A stretch of 64,000 nt of DNA from an uncultured Collinsella sp. (GCA_937896835.1 CALBOJ010000075.1:5903-69902), one strand, 5' to 3'; shown: positions 27,651-37,567, numbered from the stretch's first letter. Program-made: numbers and translations. The notes: generated by a model not told the origin, from the sequence alone.

Positions 27651-28328
27651 CTACACGAGAAGTTTCGCCCGAATCTTTCTAAGATGATTTTTCTTGAAAT
27701 CACGATAGTTTCCAAAGAAGATTTGCTCGGTATTTGATTGCTCGGAGTGTTCATATTTAATTTGCGCTAGTTCGATTTCGCAGATGTAGTCAGCAATTTG
27801 CTGCAGCCTAAAGAGCTTCGGGTCACATTCTTTATAAATGACCGTCTGCCTTCCGAGGACGTATTCGAATGCGGCGTGAAGGATGGCCGTTACCTCGTTT
27901 TGCCCGTCGTCGTAATAGATTTTGACAGCGTCATAGCTTTGGAAACACTGAAGTCTGTCGAACAAAAAGAGGATTAAGTCACGACGCATTCTTGCGAACA
28001 TAGTCGCATCGCTTTTGAACTTGTTTCTTTGGTAGCTGAACGTCATGTATGTGACGGGGCATTTGTTGGCAAATGTTGCAAAACTCGACAAAAGGCGATT
28101 CCGCAAGTGGGTGTCCATGCCCCTGTAGGATTCATTGCCATGCATCAGGGGATTCATGTGCAGGGGGATATCGGGAAGCCCACGCGATCTAAGCGCGTGT
28201 TCGTAGCGATAAATAATCTCAGCAACTGAAGCTGACTGGTCATGGAAAACAAGCGTAACGAGATAGTACTTAGCGCTTTGCCCTCCGTAGTTGCCGGATT
28301 CGTCGACGAAGACGGAAAGCTCCCTCAT
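27651..28328 (-). CDS. DUF3800 family protein
   Basis: The N-terminal VFVDESGNYG motif is typical of DUF3800. 225 aa. Visibly AT-rich relative to its neighbours. Confidence 0.7.
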   Translation of the reverse strand: MRELSVFVDESGNYGGQSAKYYLVTLVFHDQSASVAEIIYRYEHALRSRGLPDIPLHMNPLMHGNESYRGMDTHLRNRLLSSFATFANKCPVTYMTFSYQRNKFKSDATMFARMRRDLILFLFDRLQCFQSYDAVKIYYDDGQNEVTAILHAAFEYVLGRQTVIYKECDPKLFRLQQIADYICEIELAQIKYEHSEQSNTEQIFFGNYRDFKKNHLRKIRAKLLV

Positions 28329-28349
28329 GATGCAGTCTCCCTAAAAACA

Positions 28350-28378
28350 AAAATGCCGGGGGGATCCCCCGGCCCTTG
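28350..28378 (-). terminator. GC-stem hairpin in the DUF3800 leader (direct-repeat copy 2)
   Basis: aaaatgccggggggatcccccggcccttg. Near-identical to 27565-27594. On the minus strand it is followed by ATTTTTGTTTTT and lies 22 nt upstream of the ATG. Confidence 0.7.
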
Positions 28379-28442
28379 ACTGCCCTCCATAAAGGAACGC
28401 AACCCTTTTATACCACGAGACGAGGAGTCTATTCAAGTAGAA

Positions 28443-28471
28443 ATTATAATGACCAAACACATGTTCGTCAA
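28443..28471 (-). promoter_or_regulatory. Near-consensus sigma-70-type promoter for the DUF3800 gene
   Basis: The minus strand reads TTGACG, a 17-nt spacer, then TATAAT. This predicts a leader of about 108 nt containing the 28350-28378 hairpin. Confidence 0.6.
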
Positions 28472-28535
28472 TCTACCTGCGGGTATGGGAATATGAAAAA
28501 GGGGCTGCCCTTTGCCATATTACTGCCTCTGGCCC

Positions 28536-30137
28536 CTATGACGCCAGGGTGGCGATGACGGCTTCATCGCCGGCGTATATGAGGGTGTTGCCGTCGGGGA
28601 TGATCGTTTGGCCTTCGCGCTTGAGCATCACGACGATGAACGGGTGCTTGCCCTGCGGCACGTCGCGCAGGCGCTGACCGGCCAGGCGACCGTGGGGCGT
28701 CACGGTGACCTCGCGCAGCGTAACCTCGGCACGCTCTTCGAACGTTGGGGCTGCCATCACCAGAAGGTCGCCTTCCTCGATGACGGTATCGCCGTTGGGC
28801 AGTACCGGGTGCGCCCCGTCGCGCAGCACCAAGACCACGAGCATGTCCGTCGCGCTGCCAATATCGGCGAGCGAGCGCCCGGCAAACGGATGGCCCGCGC
28901 CTACCTTGAGCTTAACGAACGACATGCCGTCCTCGTCGCGGTAGTCGTTAAAGGTGCGGCGCACGTCGCCGGCCGCATCGATCATATCGAGTTTCTTCGC
29001 CACCGCCGGCAGTAGCGAACCCTGCACCACAATGCTCGATACGGCAATCACAAACACCAGGTCAAATAGGTCGTGTCCGCCGGGAACGCCGGCCACCACA
29101 GCAAAGAGGCTAAAGACGACCGAAGCCGCGCCGCGCAAGCCCGCCCAGCTTACGAGCGCAACCTGGCGAGGGCTCGTCTTAAAGGGCGCCAGCAGCAGAC
29201 CGACGGCGATGGGGCGGCTCGCAAAGAGCATAAACGCCATGAGCGCCAGGCCGGGTAGCAGCATTTGCGGCAGGCGCGCGGGCGTGACGAGCAGGCCGAG
29301 CAAGAAGAAGATCGTCATCTCGGCCATCTCGGTAAGGGTGTCAAAGAAGTGCGCCATCTCGACCTTGCCGGTGATGTCGCTCGCGCCCAGCACAATGCCT
29401 GCCAGGTATACGGCCAAAAAGCCGTTGCCGCCCAGGTAGCTCGGCAGTGCGTAGGCGACGATCGCCACGGCGAACAAAAAGATAGTCTGCGCGCCCTCGG
29501 CCGTTGCGTGTGCGCGCTCAATCAGGCGGCTGGATATCCAGCCGATGGCAAGGCCCAGCCCCACGCCCAGGATGATCTGCTTGGCCAGCAGCACGGGAAT
29601 GTCGATGTTGCCACCCGCCGCGAGGGTGGCGAGTACCGCGGTGAGCATGTAGGCGACGGGGTCGTTGGGGCCCGATTCGACCTCGAGCAGCGAGTCGGTG
29701 CCGCCCTTTAGCGACAGGTTGTGCTCGCGCAGCACGCTAAAGACGCTCGCCGCGTCGGTCGACGCCACGACCGAGCCCAGCAGCAGGCCGCCGATCCAGT
29801 CGAAGCCCAGTACGAAGTGGGCGAACACGCCGGTGATGCCGGCAGTGATGACGACGCCGAGCGTGCTCAGCAGCACCGCCGGCGCAGCGACGGGCTTGGC
29901 GCGGTCGATATTGGTGTTAAAGCCGCCGTAGAACATGATGAACAGCAGCGCCGTGCTGCAGACGGTTTCGGTGAGCGCGTAGTCGCTAAAGTCGATGTGC
30001 GCCGGACCGTTGACGCCGAGCAGCATGCCGAGCGCAATAAAGATGAGCAGGGTGGGGAAGGGGAGTTTTTTGCCGACGGGTTTGATGGTCAGGCACAAAA
30101 TGATGACGAGGCCGATAAAGAGAAGTATCTGGTTCAT
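28536..30137 (-). CDS. K+/H+ antiporter (CPA1/NhaP2-type) with C-terminal RCK_C/TrkA-C domains
   Basis: 533 aa. 12-13 TM segments followed by two soluble repeats (...VLVLRDG..., ...VVMLKREG...). Confidence 0.8.
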   Translation of the reverse strand: MNQILLFIGLVIILCLTIKPVGKKLPFPTLLIFIALGMLLGVNGPAHIDFSDYALTETVCSTALLFIMFYGGFNTNIDRAKPVAAPAVLLSTLGVVITAGITGVFAHFVLGFDWIGGLLLGSVVASTDAASVFSVLREHNLSLKGGTDSLLEVESGPNDPVAYMLTAVLATLAAGGNIDIPVLLAKQIILGVGLGLAIGWISSRLIERAHATAEGAQTIFLFAVAIVAYALPSYLGGNGFLAVYLAGIVLGASDITGKVEMAHFFDTLTEMAEMTIFFLLGLLVTPARLPQMLLPGLALMAFMLFASRPIAVGLLLAPFKTSPRQVALVSWAGLRGAASVVFSLFAVVAGVPGGHDLFDLVFVIAVSSIVVQGSLLPAVAKKLDMIDAAGDVRRTFNDYRDEDGMSFVKLKVGAGHPFAGRSLADIGSATDMLVVLVLRDGAHPVLPNGDTVIEEGDLLVMAAPTFEERAEVTLREVTVTPHGRLAGQRLRDVPQGKHPFIVVMLKREGQTIIPDGNTLIYAGDEAVIATLAS

Positions 30138-30390
30138 GGATAGTGTCCGCTCCTGGGTGGTTGGCGTGGCACGGTCAGTTGTCTGCGGTTATTTGTACCC
30201 AAAGGTGGTGGGTTTATGGGGGCGGATTACGGGCGTGCGCGATATCGTCATAGACGGCTGCCGTCTTTGCCTCTGCTCGGAAACCCTTTCCAGCTTTATT
30301 GCAACGGAGTACAATGGGTAACGTTTAAGTTCAACTTGAAGTTTTAGTTGCGGCACCGGGCTTCGGCCGCAATGCAAGGAGAGGCGTACC

Positions 30391-31230
30391 ATGGCAATCT
30401 ATGTGACATCTGATGCTCACGGGCACGTGTGTGCGCTTGACGAGGCCCTGTCTAAGATCTCGCTGACGTCCGACGACACGCTGTACGTGCTGGGCGACAT
30501 GATCGATCGCGGGCCCGATCCGGTCGGCGTTATTAAGCTCGTGCGCTCGCTGCCCAACGCCCACGTGTTCAAGGGCAATCACGAGCAGATCATGCTCGAT
30601 GCCATCATTGGCCAGGATCCGCTCGATGCCGAGACCTGGGATATCAACGGTGGCTGGACGACGCGCGAGCAGCTCAACGACATGGAATTTGAGGCATACG
30701 AGGAGCTCGTGCGATGGATGGCCGCGCTTCCGCTCTACGCGGTGGCCGAGACCGAGGAGCGCCCGTACCTGCTGGTGCATGCCGGCATCCAGACCGAGGC
30801 GGCGCGCGCGTTTTTGCTTGAGCATGGTGTCGATTGCGGTGACGGCAGGGGAGCGGTCGATGCCGATAGCGAGCTGCTGCGGCAAATGCTCGCCGTGCAG
30901 TCGTCCGATGACCTGCTGTGGATTCGTCACGGCTATTGGGATGCGCCGACGGGACTGCTTTCTGCCGAGGGCGAGGGGCCGGTCGTGGTGAGCGGCCACA
31001 CGCCAACGGTGTCGCTCGGGCGTTATTGCGAGGTAGGTGGCCTTGCGGGACTCGATGAGGAGTCGGGCCGCGGGCAGATTGTGCGTCTGGGTGGCGAGGA
31101 TACCGCCGGTGTGCCCGATCGCATCGACATCGACTGCGCTGCCGCCACCGGCTCCGAGTTCGGTCGCGTGGGCATCCTGCGTCTGGACGACGGGGCGGAG
31201 TTCTATGCGAACATCAACCCTGGAGAATAA
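30391..31230 (+). CDS. Metallophosphoesterase (PPP-family Ser/Thr phosphatase/ApaH-like)
   Basis: Motifs SDAHG, GDMIDRGPD and GNHE. Confidence 0.8.
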   Translation: MAIYVTSDAHGHVCALDEALSKISLTSDDTLYVLGDMIDRGPDPVGVIKLVRSLPNAHVFKGNHEQIMLDAIIGQDPLDAETWDINGGWTTREQLNDMEFEAYEELVRWMAALPLYAVAETEERPYLLVHAGIQTEAARAFLLEHGVDCGDGRGAVDADSELLRQMLAVQSSDDLLWIRHGYWDAPTGLLSAEGEGPVVVSGHTPTVSLGRYCEVGGLAGLDEESGRGQIVRLGGEDTAGVPDRIDIDCAAATGSEFGRVGILRLDDGAEFYANINPGE

Positions 31231-31425
31231 CCTTGTTCCGCCGTTCTACCGAACGGCGGTCACGTTGACGCTGCGCAGCCCCGAAGCACCCCACCTTGTC
31301 GCTCAAACCGTCGCTCGCGTACCGAAGTACGCGTCGCTCCTCCTTCGCGCCAACCTGGGGCACTTCGAGACTGCTCGCTGTCGGTGCCAAAACATCGACG
31401 TTTCTTTTCTTCAAATTGATTCGAA

Positions 31426-33000
31426 TTAGGCGCCGTAGGGGTTGCGGTCGCGCTCGATGCGCTGGCGGATGTGGGCGTACTCGATTATCAGCAGCACCAG
31501 GAGTAGGGCCATGATGGCTAGGTAGCTCACCACGGCGCCCATCAGACCCAGCAGCTTAATCAGGATCACCGGCAGCACTACGCTTACGGCGAAGCAGATC
31601 AGGTAGATTTTGGTGACGTCGCCGGCATGGCGCAGCACCGTGATGATGGCGTAGATAAAGTCGATGGCCGCGGTGACGCCGCCGGCGACAACCATCAGCA
31701 GTGCCAGCGTACGGTAGCGTTCAAAGCTGAGGCCGTACATAAAGCTCATGAGGGGAATACCGGGACCTGCCATAAATGCGGCGCACACGCTGGTGATGAC
31801 CACGATCAGTGCCATAACGGCAACAATAATCAGGTCAAAGCGGCGACGCTTGCGCGGATTCGTCCAAATGCTCGACAGACGCAGAAGCTGCGGTTTATAG
31901 ACAAATCCGATGCTCAACAAAATGGCCTGCGCTGGAAAGAACAGGGCATTAAAGTACAGCTGATACTTGTAGGCCAGCGTGCCTTCCATCACGAACTTGG
32001 GCATGCTCTCGATTAGGTTGAACAGGAGCAGCGCGCCAAAAAGCGGGGCGCACTGGATAAACAGGTGACCGACCTCGCGCAGGCTCACGCGGCGCGATTT
32101 TTCGGTTTCGAGCAGGGCGAGCGGCGCGGTGACCAGCACGAGCGAGGCGATCGCGGTAACACCCATGGCCATGGCGGCGATGGGCATGCTGCGCGTGAGG
32201 AACAGTGCCACGCTAAAGACCGCGATGACGCCGACGGATCGTAGCGTTTGGCTCATGCCGGCCAGGTAGAGTTTGTCGGCCTGCTGCAGGCGGCCCTCGT
32301 ACACGTCGGCAATGCCGTCGATCACCTTATACAGGTAGACGCCCAGGCCGATTGTGGCCATCTGCGCATCGTAGCCGCGGGCGCTGCTGTATACCAGGCC
32401 GCATGCCAGCGCGAGCGCTCCGCAGATCCAGCGGTTGAGCTGGTAAGAGGCAAAGGACGTCTTTTCGTCGATGTCCGAGACCTGGAAATTGCGCACGCCG
32501 TAGTTGCACGCGATCATGATGAGCGTGCCGGTGACAAAGGCGATGGAGAATTTGCCAGCCTCCTCGGCGCCCACGAGCTGTGTGGACACGATGGTGAGCA
32601 ACGGAAACGCCATGCCCCACACGGCGGTGCCCAGGGTATTCCAAAGGTAGTCGCGACGGGTGGCGTGATCTTCGTACTCGGCTTCTTGCGTGGAGAAGCC
32701 GCCGCCGTAGACGGCTCCGAGCAGGCGGTTCCACCAGGCATTGACCATGCGGTGGATGGGGCCGGGCTGGCGATCGCGCTCGCGGCGACGGCGTGTGACC
32801 TGGCTGCTGTCGGGACCGCCGGCGTTACGCTGGCTTAGCTCTTGGATTCGTGCGAGCTCCTCGGCGGTGTGCGATGCGGGGAACAGGCCGTTCTCGATGC
32901 GTCCGCCCTGCCCGTGCGCCCCGTCCGATACGGTGGGGTCGGCGACGCCATTGCGGCGGGCGATGGCGCGGCGAATGCTATCGATGGGCGTGATGCTCAA
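31426..33000 (-). CDS. Polysaccharide/oligosaccharide flippase-like membrane protein (MOP/Wzx-like)
   Basis: Multi-TM protein with a roughly 130-aa cytoplasmic N-extension. The proposed TTG start at 33000 has GAAAGGA upstream. The longer ORF to 33291 runs through an intergenic repeat array. Confidence 0.5.
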   Translation of the reverse strand: MSITPIDSIRRAIARRNGVADPTVSDGAHGQGGRIENGLFPASHTAEELARIQELSQRNAGGPDSSQVTRRRRERDRQPGPIHRMVNAWWNRLLGAVYGGGFSTQEAEYEDHATRRDYLWNTLGTAVWGMAFPLLTIVSTQLVGAEEAGKFSIAFVTGTLIMIACNYGVRNFQVSDIDEKTSFASYQLNRWICGALALACGLVYSSARGYDAQMATIGLGVYLYKVIDGIADVYEGRLQQADKLYLAGMSQTLRSVGVIAVFSVALFLTRSMPIAAMAMGVTAIASLVLVTAPLALLETEKSRRVSLREVGHLFIQCAPLFGALLLFNLIESMPKFVMEGTLAYKYQLYFNALFFPAQAILLSIGFVYKPQLLRLSSIWTNPRKRRRFDLIIVAVMALIVVITSVCAAFMAGPGIPLMSFMYGLSFERYRTLALLMVVAGGVTAAIDFIYAIITVLRHAGDVTKIYLICFAVSVVLPVILIKLLGLMGAVVSYLAIMALLLVLLIIEYAHIRQRIERDRNPYGA

Positions 33001-33107
33001 AGCGGAGTCCTTTCTATTGCTGCGCTCTAGTATAGACGCGACGGTGTTCGTTCGTGTTTTTGAACAGGTTGTTCGATAATTTCGGCGGCGCCATTCAGTA
33101 GACGGCA

Positions 33108-33215
33108 TTTGGGGACGTTCCTTATGTGCCGGCACTTTGGGAACGTCCCTAAGTGCCGGCATCCGGGGTCGCTCCTTGGTTGTTGCCTGTTCAAGAGTGT
33201 CCCTAACGACTAGGC
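33108..33215. repeat. Family-B repeat array: four tandem degenerate units of about 27 bp
   Basis: The units are tttggggacgttccttatgtgccggca, ctttgggaacgtccctaagtgccggca, tccggggtcgctccttggttgttgcct and gttcaagagtgtccctaacgactaggc. They lie in a divergent intergenic region. Confidence 0.75.
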
Positions 33216-33352
33216 CGCTTGCGTGCGATTTTTGACCGTTGGGCGGGCGCTTCGCCGTTGCCGCAAAAACGTTTTTGCATATCGGGTACAACGGGCTTTA
33301 CGTGAGTAAAGTGCGCGCCTCGTCCACGTGTCGCGCTTTTAAAGGAGGCCCC

Positions 33353-35023
33353 ATGCCAGGTATTACCCCTGCAGAAGTTCTGTCCAACTTTGGCATTACG
33401 CTGGTCGAAGATCCTGCCGAGAACCAGCCCCGCCTGCTGGTCGACCTGCCGGCAGCCGAGCTCGTCGAGCACGCCATCCGTCGCAACGAAGGTCGTATGG
33501 CCTCCAACGGCGCGCTGGTGATCGAGACGGGGGAGCGCACTGGCCGCTCGCCTAATGACCGCTTTATCGTTGACACCCCCGATGTTCACGACAAGATTGC
33601 CTGGGGTGCCGTCAACCGCCCGCTGTCTGTCGAGAGCTACGAGGCCATCAAGGCCGGCATCGTCGACTATCTCAACGAGCGCGACGTGTTCGTCACTCGC
33701 GGTATGGCCGGTGCCGACCGCAACCATACGCGTCGTCTGCTTGTCGCCTGCGAGCGTGCCAGCCAGGCGCTCTTTATTAAGCAGATGCTCGCCCGCCCGC
33801 TTGCCCGTGAAATCGCACGCACCGGCGAGCCGGACTTCTGTGTGCTCGCCGCGCCGGGCTACCAGTGCGATCCCGCCATCAAGGGCCTCAACTCCAGCGC
33901 CGCCGTGGTCATTAACTTCCAGGAGCGCGTGATTCTGGTCGCCGGCACCGGCTACTCCGGCGAGATCAAAAAGTCCATTTTCAGCGTCATGAATTACCTG
34001 CTGCCCGTCGAGGACGACGTGCTGCCCATGCACTGCTCGGCCAGTATGGATCCCGTCACGCACGAGACCGCCGTGTTCTTTGGCCTGTCCGGCACCGGCA
34101 AGACCACGCTTTCGGCCAATCCCACGCGCCTGCTGATCGGCGACGACGAGCACGGCTGGTCTGACATGGGCATCTTTAACATCGAGGGTGGCTGCTACGC
34201 CAAATGCGAGGGCCTGGACGCCTTCCACGAGCCCGAGATCTTCAACGCTGTCCGCTTTGGCGCGATCTGCGAAAACGTGGTGCTCGACGAGAACCGCAAG
34301 CCCAACTACGACGACATCTCGATCACGCACAACACGCGCGTGGCATACCCTGTGGAGCACATTCCCAACGCGTGGACCAAGGGCATGGGCACCACTCCAA
34401 GCGTCGTGCTGTTCCTGACCTGCGATGCCTTTGGCGTGCTGCCGCCCATCTCACGCCTGACGGCCGATGCCGCCATGTACCACTTCGTGACGGGCTTTAC
34501 GGCCAAGATCCCCGGCACCGAGGTCGGCGTCACCGAGCCCACGCCCACGTTCTCTTCGCTGTTTGGCGAGCCGTTTATGCCGCTCGACCCCATGGTCTAT
34601 GCCAAGATGCTCGGTGAGCGCATCGCCGACGGCCGCACGCGTGTGTACCTGGTCAACACCGGCTGGATCGGCGGCGGCTACGGCGTGGGCCATCGCATCG
34701 AGCTTGCCTACACGCGCGCCCTGGTGGCCCGCGCCCTCGACGGTACCATCGAGGACAGCGAATTCGTGCATGACGATATCTTTAACGTCGACATTCCCAC
34801 CACGTGCCACGGCGTGCCCGACGGCATCCTGGTGCCGCGCCAGTACTGGCAGAGCACCGCGCGCTACGACGAGGCGGCGCACAACTTGGCCGTGATGTTC
34901 GAGGAGAACTTCGAGAAGAAGTACTCGCACCTGCCCGAGTCCGTAAAGGCCGCCGGTCCGCACGCTCAGGTGCACGCCGACGCCCGTCATCGCGGCCGCG
35001 GCCTGCTGGGACTCCGACACTAG
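33353..35023 (+). CDS. pckA: Phosphoenolpyruvate carboxykinase (ATP)
   Basis: ATG at 33353 after AAAGGAGG. Kinase-1a motif FFGLSGTGKTTLS. About 556 aa. Confidence 0.9.
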   Translation: MPGITPAEVLSNFGITLVEDPAENQPRLLVDLPAAELVEHAIRRNEGRMASNGALVIETGERTGRSPNDRFIVDTPDVHDKIAWGAVNRPLSVESYEAIKAGIVDYLNERDVFVTRGMAGADRNHTRRLLVACERASQALFIKQMLARPLAREIARTGEPDFCVLAAPGYQCDPAIKGLNSSAAVVINFQERVILVAGTGYSGEIKKSIFSVMNYLLPVEDDVLPMHCSASMDPVTHETAVFFGLSGTGKTTLSANPTRLLIGDDEHGWSDMGIFNIEGGCYAKCEGLDAFHEPEIFNAVRFGAICENVVLDENRKPNYDDISITHNTRVAYPVEHIPNAWTKGMGTTPSVVLFLTCDAFGVLPPISRLTADAAMYHFVTGFTAKIPGTEVGVTEPTPTFSSLFGEPFMPLDPMVYAKMLGERIADGRTRVYLVNTGWIGGGYGVGHRIELAYTRALVARALDGTIEDSEFVHDDIFNVDIPTTCHGVPDGILVPRQYWQSTARYDEAAHNLAVMFEENFEKKYSHLPESVKAAGPHAQVHADARHRGRGLLGLRH

Positions 35024-35038
35024 CGTTGCTTCAGACCC

Positions 35039-35079
35039 AAAACCACCATAAAGGGGACAGGCACCTTTGTGGTGGTTTT
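35039..35079. terminator. Family-A palindromic hairpin repeat (loop in inverted orientation)
   Basis: aaaaccaccataaaggggacaggcacctttgtggtggtttt, after the pckA stop. Confidence 0.8.
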
Positions 35080-35250
35080 ACTCGCGCGGATGACTCGGGT
35101 TACAATACGCCTGACATATTGCCCCCTTCTCCGGATGGGGGCAGCGTAAGCGCTCTTGTGGCGGCACCGTAGGACTTTGAAGGTGGCCGTCGTAAGGGCG
35201 CTTTTTGTTTAGGCGCCCTCGCTCGGGCGCGCACGATGAAGGGAGAGCGC

Positions 35251-35970
35251 ATGAAGAGCTTTATTGCCGAGGATTCGTTTTGGGAGCTATTTCCGCAGGC
35301 GGCTGTCGGTGTTGTGGTCGTAAAGGGCATGAAGCCCGCGGCTCAGATTCCTCAAGAGGACGTGGATGCGATTGCGGCGTTGCTCGACCGCGCCAATATC
35401 GACGCGGAGCGTCATCTGACCAGCGATACTATCAGCGAGAACGCACCGGTCAAGGCATGGCGCGAGGCTTATCGGCTGTTCAAGACCAAAAAGGGCGCGC
35501 GTTGCTCAATTGAGAACCTGCTCAAGCGCGTGCTCAAGGGCAAACCGGTGGGCCACATTACGCCCGCGGTGGACATCTACAACACGGTGTCGCTGACCTA
35601 CGCGCTGCCCGTTGGCGGCGAGGACCTGCATACGATTGAGGGGGATCTTCGCTTGAAGGTGACTGACGGCGGCGATGCGTTCCTGCCACTTGGCGAGGAA
35701 ACGGATGACCCGACGCTGCCCGGCGAGCTCGCCTACATCGATGATGCGGGCGCCGTATGCCGCTGCTGGAACTGGCGCGATGGCGTTCGCACGGCGCTGT
35801 CCGACGATTCGGCCGATGCATTCCTGGCGATTGAGTGCGTGGAGCCCGAGCGGATGGGGGATTGCCAGGCTGCCGTTGATCGTCTCGCCGAGTTGCTCGA
35901 GCGCTATCTGGGAGCGACGGTTGTCGTTAAGACGCTTGTGACCCGCGACAATCCCTGCGTGGAACTGTAA
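35251..35970 (+). CDS. B3/B4 tRNA-binding-domain protein
   Basis: MKSFIAEDSFWELFPQAAVGVVVVKG resembles the B3_4 domain family. The ATG follows GGGAGAG. Confidence 0.65.
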   Translation: MKSFIAEDSFWELFPQAAVGVVVVKGMKPAAQIPQEDVDAIAALLDRANIDAERHLTSDTISENAPVKAWREAYRLFKTKKGARCSIENLLKRVLKGKPVGHITPAVDIYNTVSLTYALPVGGEDLHTIEGDLRLKVTDGGDAFLPLGEETDDPTLPGELAYIDDAGAVCRCWNWRDGVRTALSDDSADAFLAIECVEPERMGDCQAAVDRLAELLERYLGATVVVKTLVTRDNPCVEL

Positions 35971-35998
35971 CGACGCCTGCGGATCATGTTCGCCGGTC

Positions 35999-36040
35999 AA
36001 AACCACCACAAAGGTGCCTGTCCCCTTTGTGGTGGTTTTT
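35999..36040. terminator. Family-A palindromic hairpin repeat
   Basis: aaaaccaccacaaaggtgcctgtcccctttgtggtggttttt. Confidence 0.8.
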
Positions 36041-36143
36041 ATGTTGATGGGTTAACAAATGGGATATTTGGGTATGGGTGTTGCCTCGTGCGGCTAAGAT
36101 GTTTACCCGTTAGCATCATGTAAGCGAAAGGCGGTCGTCTCCC

Positions 36144-36593
36144 ATGCAGCAGAACGACGAGACACGTTTCGAGGACTTTGTCGGACTGATCAGCGGGCTC
36201 TACAAGGAGATCCAGCGCATTAAGACATCCGAGGGCGCAAGGCTGGGCCTCAAGGGCTCCGACGTTATGTGCCTGTACTATCTTGAGCGCAGCAAGGACG
36301 GCCTGACTGGCGCTGACCTGGCTCGCATGGCAGGCGTGACCCGTGCCGCCGTCTCGCGCACGCTCGCGCATCTGGAGGAGGGCGGCTACGTCGAGGTCGA
36401 TGATTCGGGCGACGCCGCCGTTAAGTATCGTGCTCCGGTGCGCCTGACCGCTCTGGGCGGCGAGAGCATGAGCGAGGCGGACCGCATCATTCGCGAGGTG
36501 CTCGACACCACCGGTAAGGCTATGGGTGTGGAGCAGCGCGAGCAGATGTATGCGTCGCTGCGTACGATTCTCAACACCCTGCGTGAGATCTAA
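36144..36593 (+). CDS. MarR family transcriptional regulator
   Basis: 149 aa with a winged-helix pattern (...LTGADLARMAGVTRAAVSRTLAHLEEGGYV...). Confidence 0.8.
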   Translation: MQQNDETRFEDFVGLISGLYKEIQRIKTSEGARLGLKGSDVMCLYYLERSKDGLTGADLARMAGVTRAAVSRTLAHLEEGGYVEVDDSGDAAVKYRAPVRLTALGGESMSEADRIIREVLDTTGKAMGVEQREQMYASLRTILNTLREI

Positions 36594-36712
36594 GGCCGCC
36601 AAGGCATTTGCTTCCCATTAAAAACTGCATAGTCCCGTTTGAGCGCGTATGCCGTGCCGGGGCATTGCTGTCAAAATTCCCCGCGCGGGACCTGCGCAAG
36701 AAAGGATTCGTT

Positions 36713-37567
36713 ATGTCCGTCCGCATTATTACCGATTCCGCAAGCGATATGTCGCCGGCGGAGCACCCCGCTCTGCGCGTTCTGCCGCTGTCCGTCACCT
36801 TTGGCACCGATGTGTATATGGATGGCGTCGACATCGATCACCAGCGCTTTTACGAGATGCTTGTGGAGCGCGATGAGCTGCCCAAGACCGGCCAGGTCAA
36901 CCCGTACGCGTTTTCGCAGGCGATTGCCGAGGCGCGTGAGGCCGGCGATGAGGCTGTGATTATTACCGTGGGCGCTAAGCTTTCGGGCACCAATCAGAGT
37001 GCCCGCACCGCACTTGCCGAGGCGCCGGGCGGCGACATGTTCGTCGTGGACAGCAATAACGTGACCTTGGGCGAGCGCGTGCTGGTCGAGTATGCGCTGC
37101 GCCTGGTGGACGAGGGCCAGGGCGCGGCTCAGGTTGCGGCGGCTGTCGAGGCCGTGCGCGACCGCGTGGTCGTCATCGGCCTGCTCGAGACGTTGGAGTA
37201 CCTGGTGCGCGGCGGTCGCCTGTCTGCTGCGGCCGGTGCCGTGGGTACGCTGCTCAACGTAAAGCCCGTGGTGGCTGCCGAGGACGGTCTGATCGTGCAG
37301 CTGGGCAAGGCGCGCGGTTCCAAGAACGGCCGTAACCTGCTCAACCAGAAGGTCGAAAAGGCGGGCGGCATCGACTTTTCCATGCCGCTGGCGCTCGGCT
37401 ATACGGGCCTTTCGGATGCGGTGCTCAAGAAGTATATCGAGGACAGCGCGGCACTGTGGGCTGGCCACACCGAGGGCGAACTGCCCGTTCACACCATCGG
37501 CGCCACCATCGGCACCCATGTAGGCCCCGGCGCCGTAGCCGTAGCCTTCTTCCAGCCCGTTAACTAG
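36713..37567 (+). CDS. DegV family fatty-acid-binding protein
   Basis: MSVRIITDSASD is the DegV N-terminal hallmark. ATG at 36713 after AAAGGA. Confidence 0.85.
   Translation: MSVRIITDSASDMSPAEHPALRVLPLSVTFGTDVYMDGVDIDHQRFYEMLVERDELPKTGQVNPYAFSQAIAEAREAGDEAVIITVGAKLSGTNQSARTALAEAPGGDMFVVDSNNVTLGERVLVEYALRLVDEGQGAAQVAAAVEAVRDRVVVIGLLETLEYLVRGGRLSAAAGAVGTLLNVKPVVAAEDGLIVQLGKARGSKNGRNLLNQKVEKAGGIDFSMPLALGYTGLSDAVLKKYIEDSAALWAGHTEGELPVHTIGATIGTHVGPGAVAVAFFQPVN

Noticed and set aside
10816-28535. Calling the whole BREX/DUF3800 island a mobile genetic element
   Set aside because: No integrase, transposase, conjugation or phage genes are visible, and there are no flanking att-like repeats or a tRNA at the borders. 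Only a compositional and accessory character can be claimed.
33108-33215. Possible CRISPR array, suggested by repeated ~27-bp units
   Set aside because: The units are contiguous with no spacers and are degenerate. No cas genes are present in the window.
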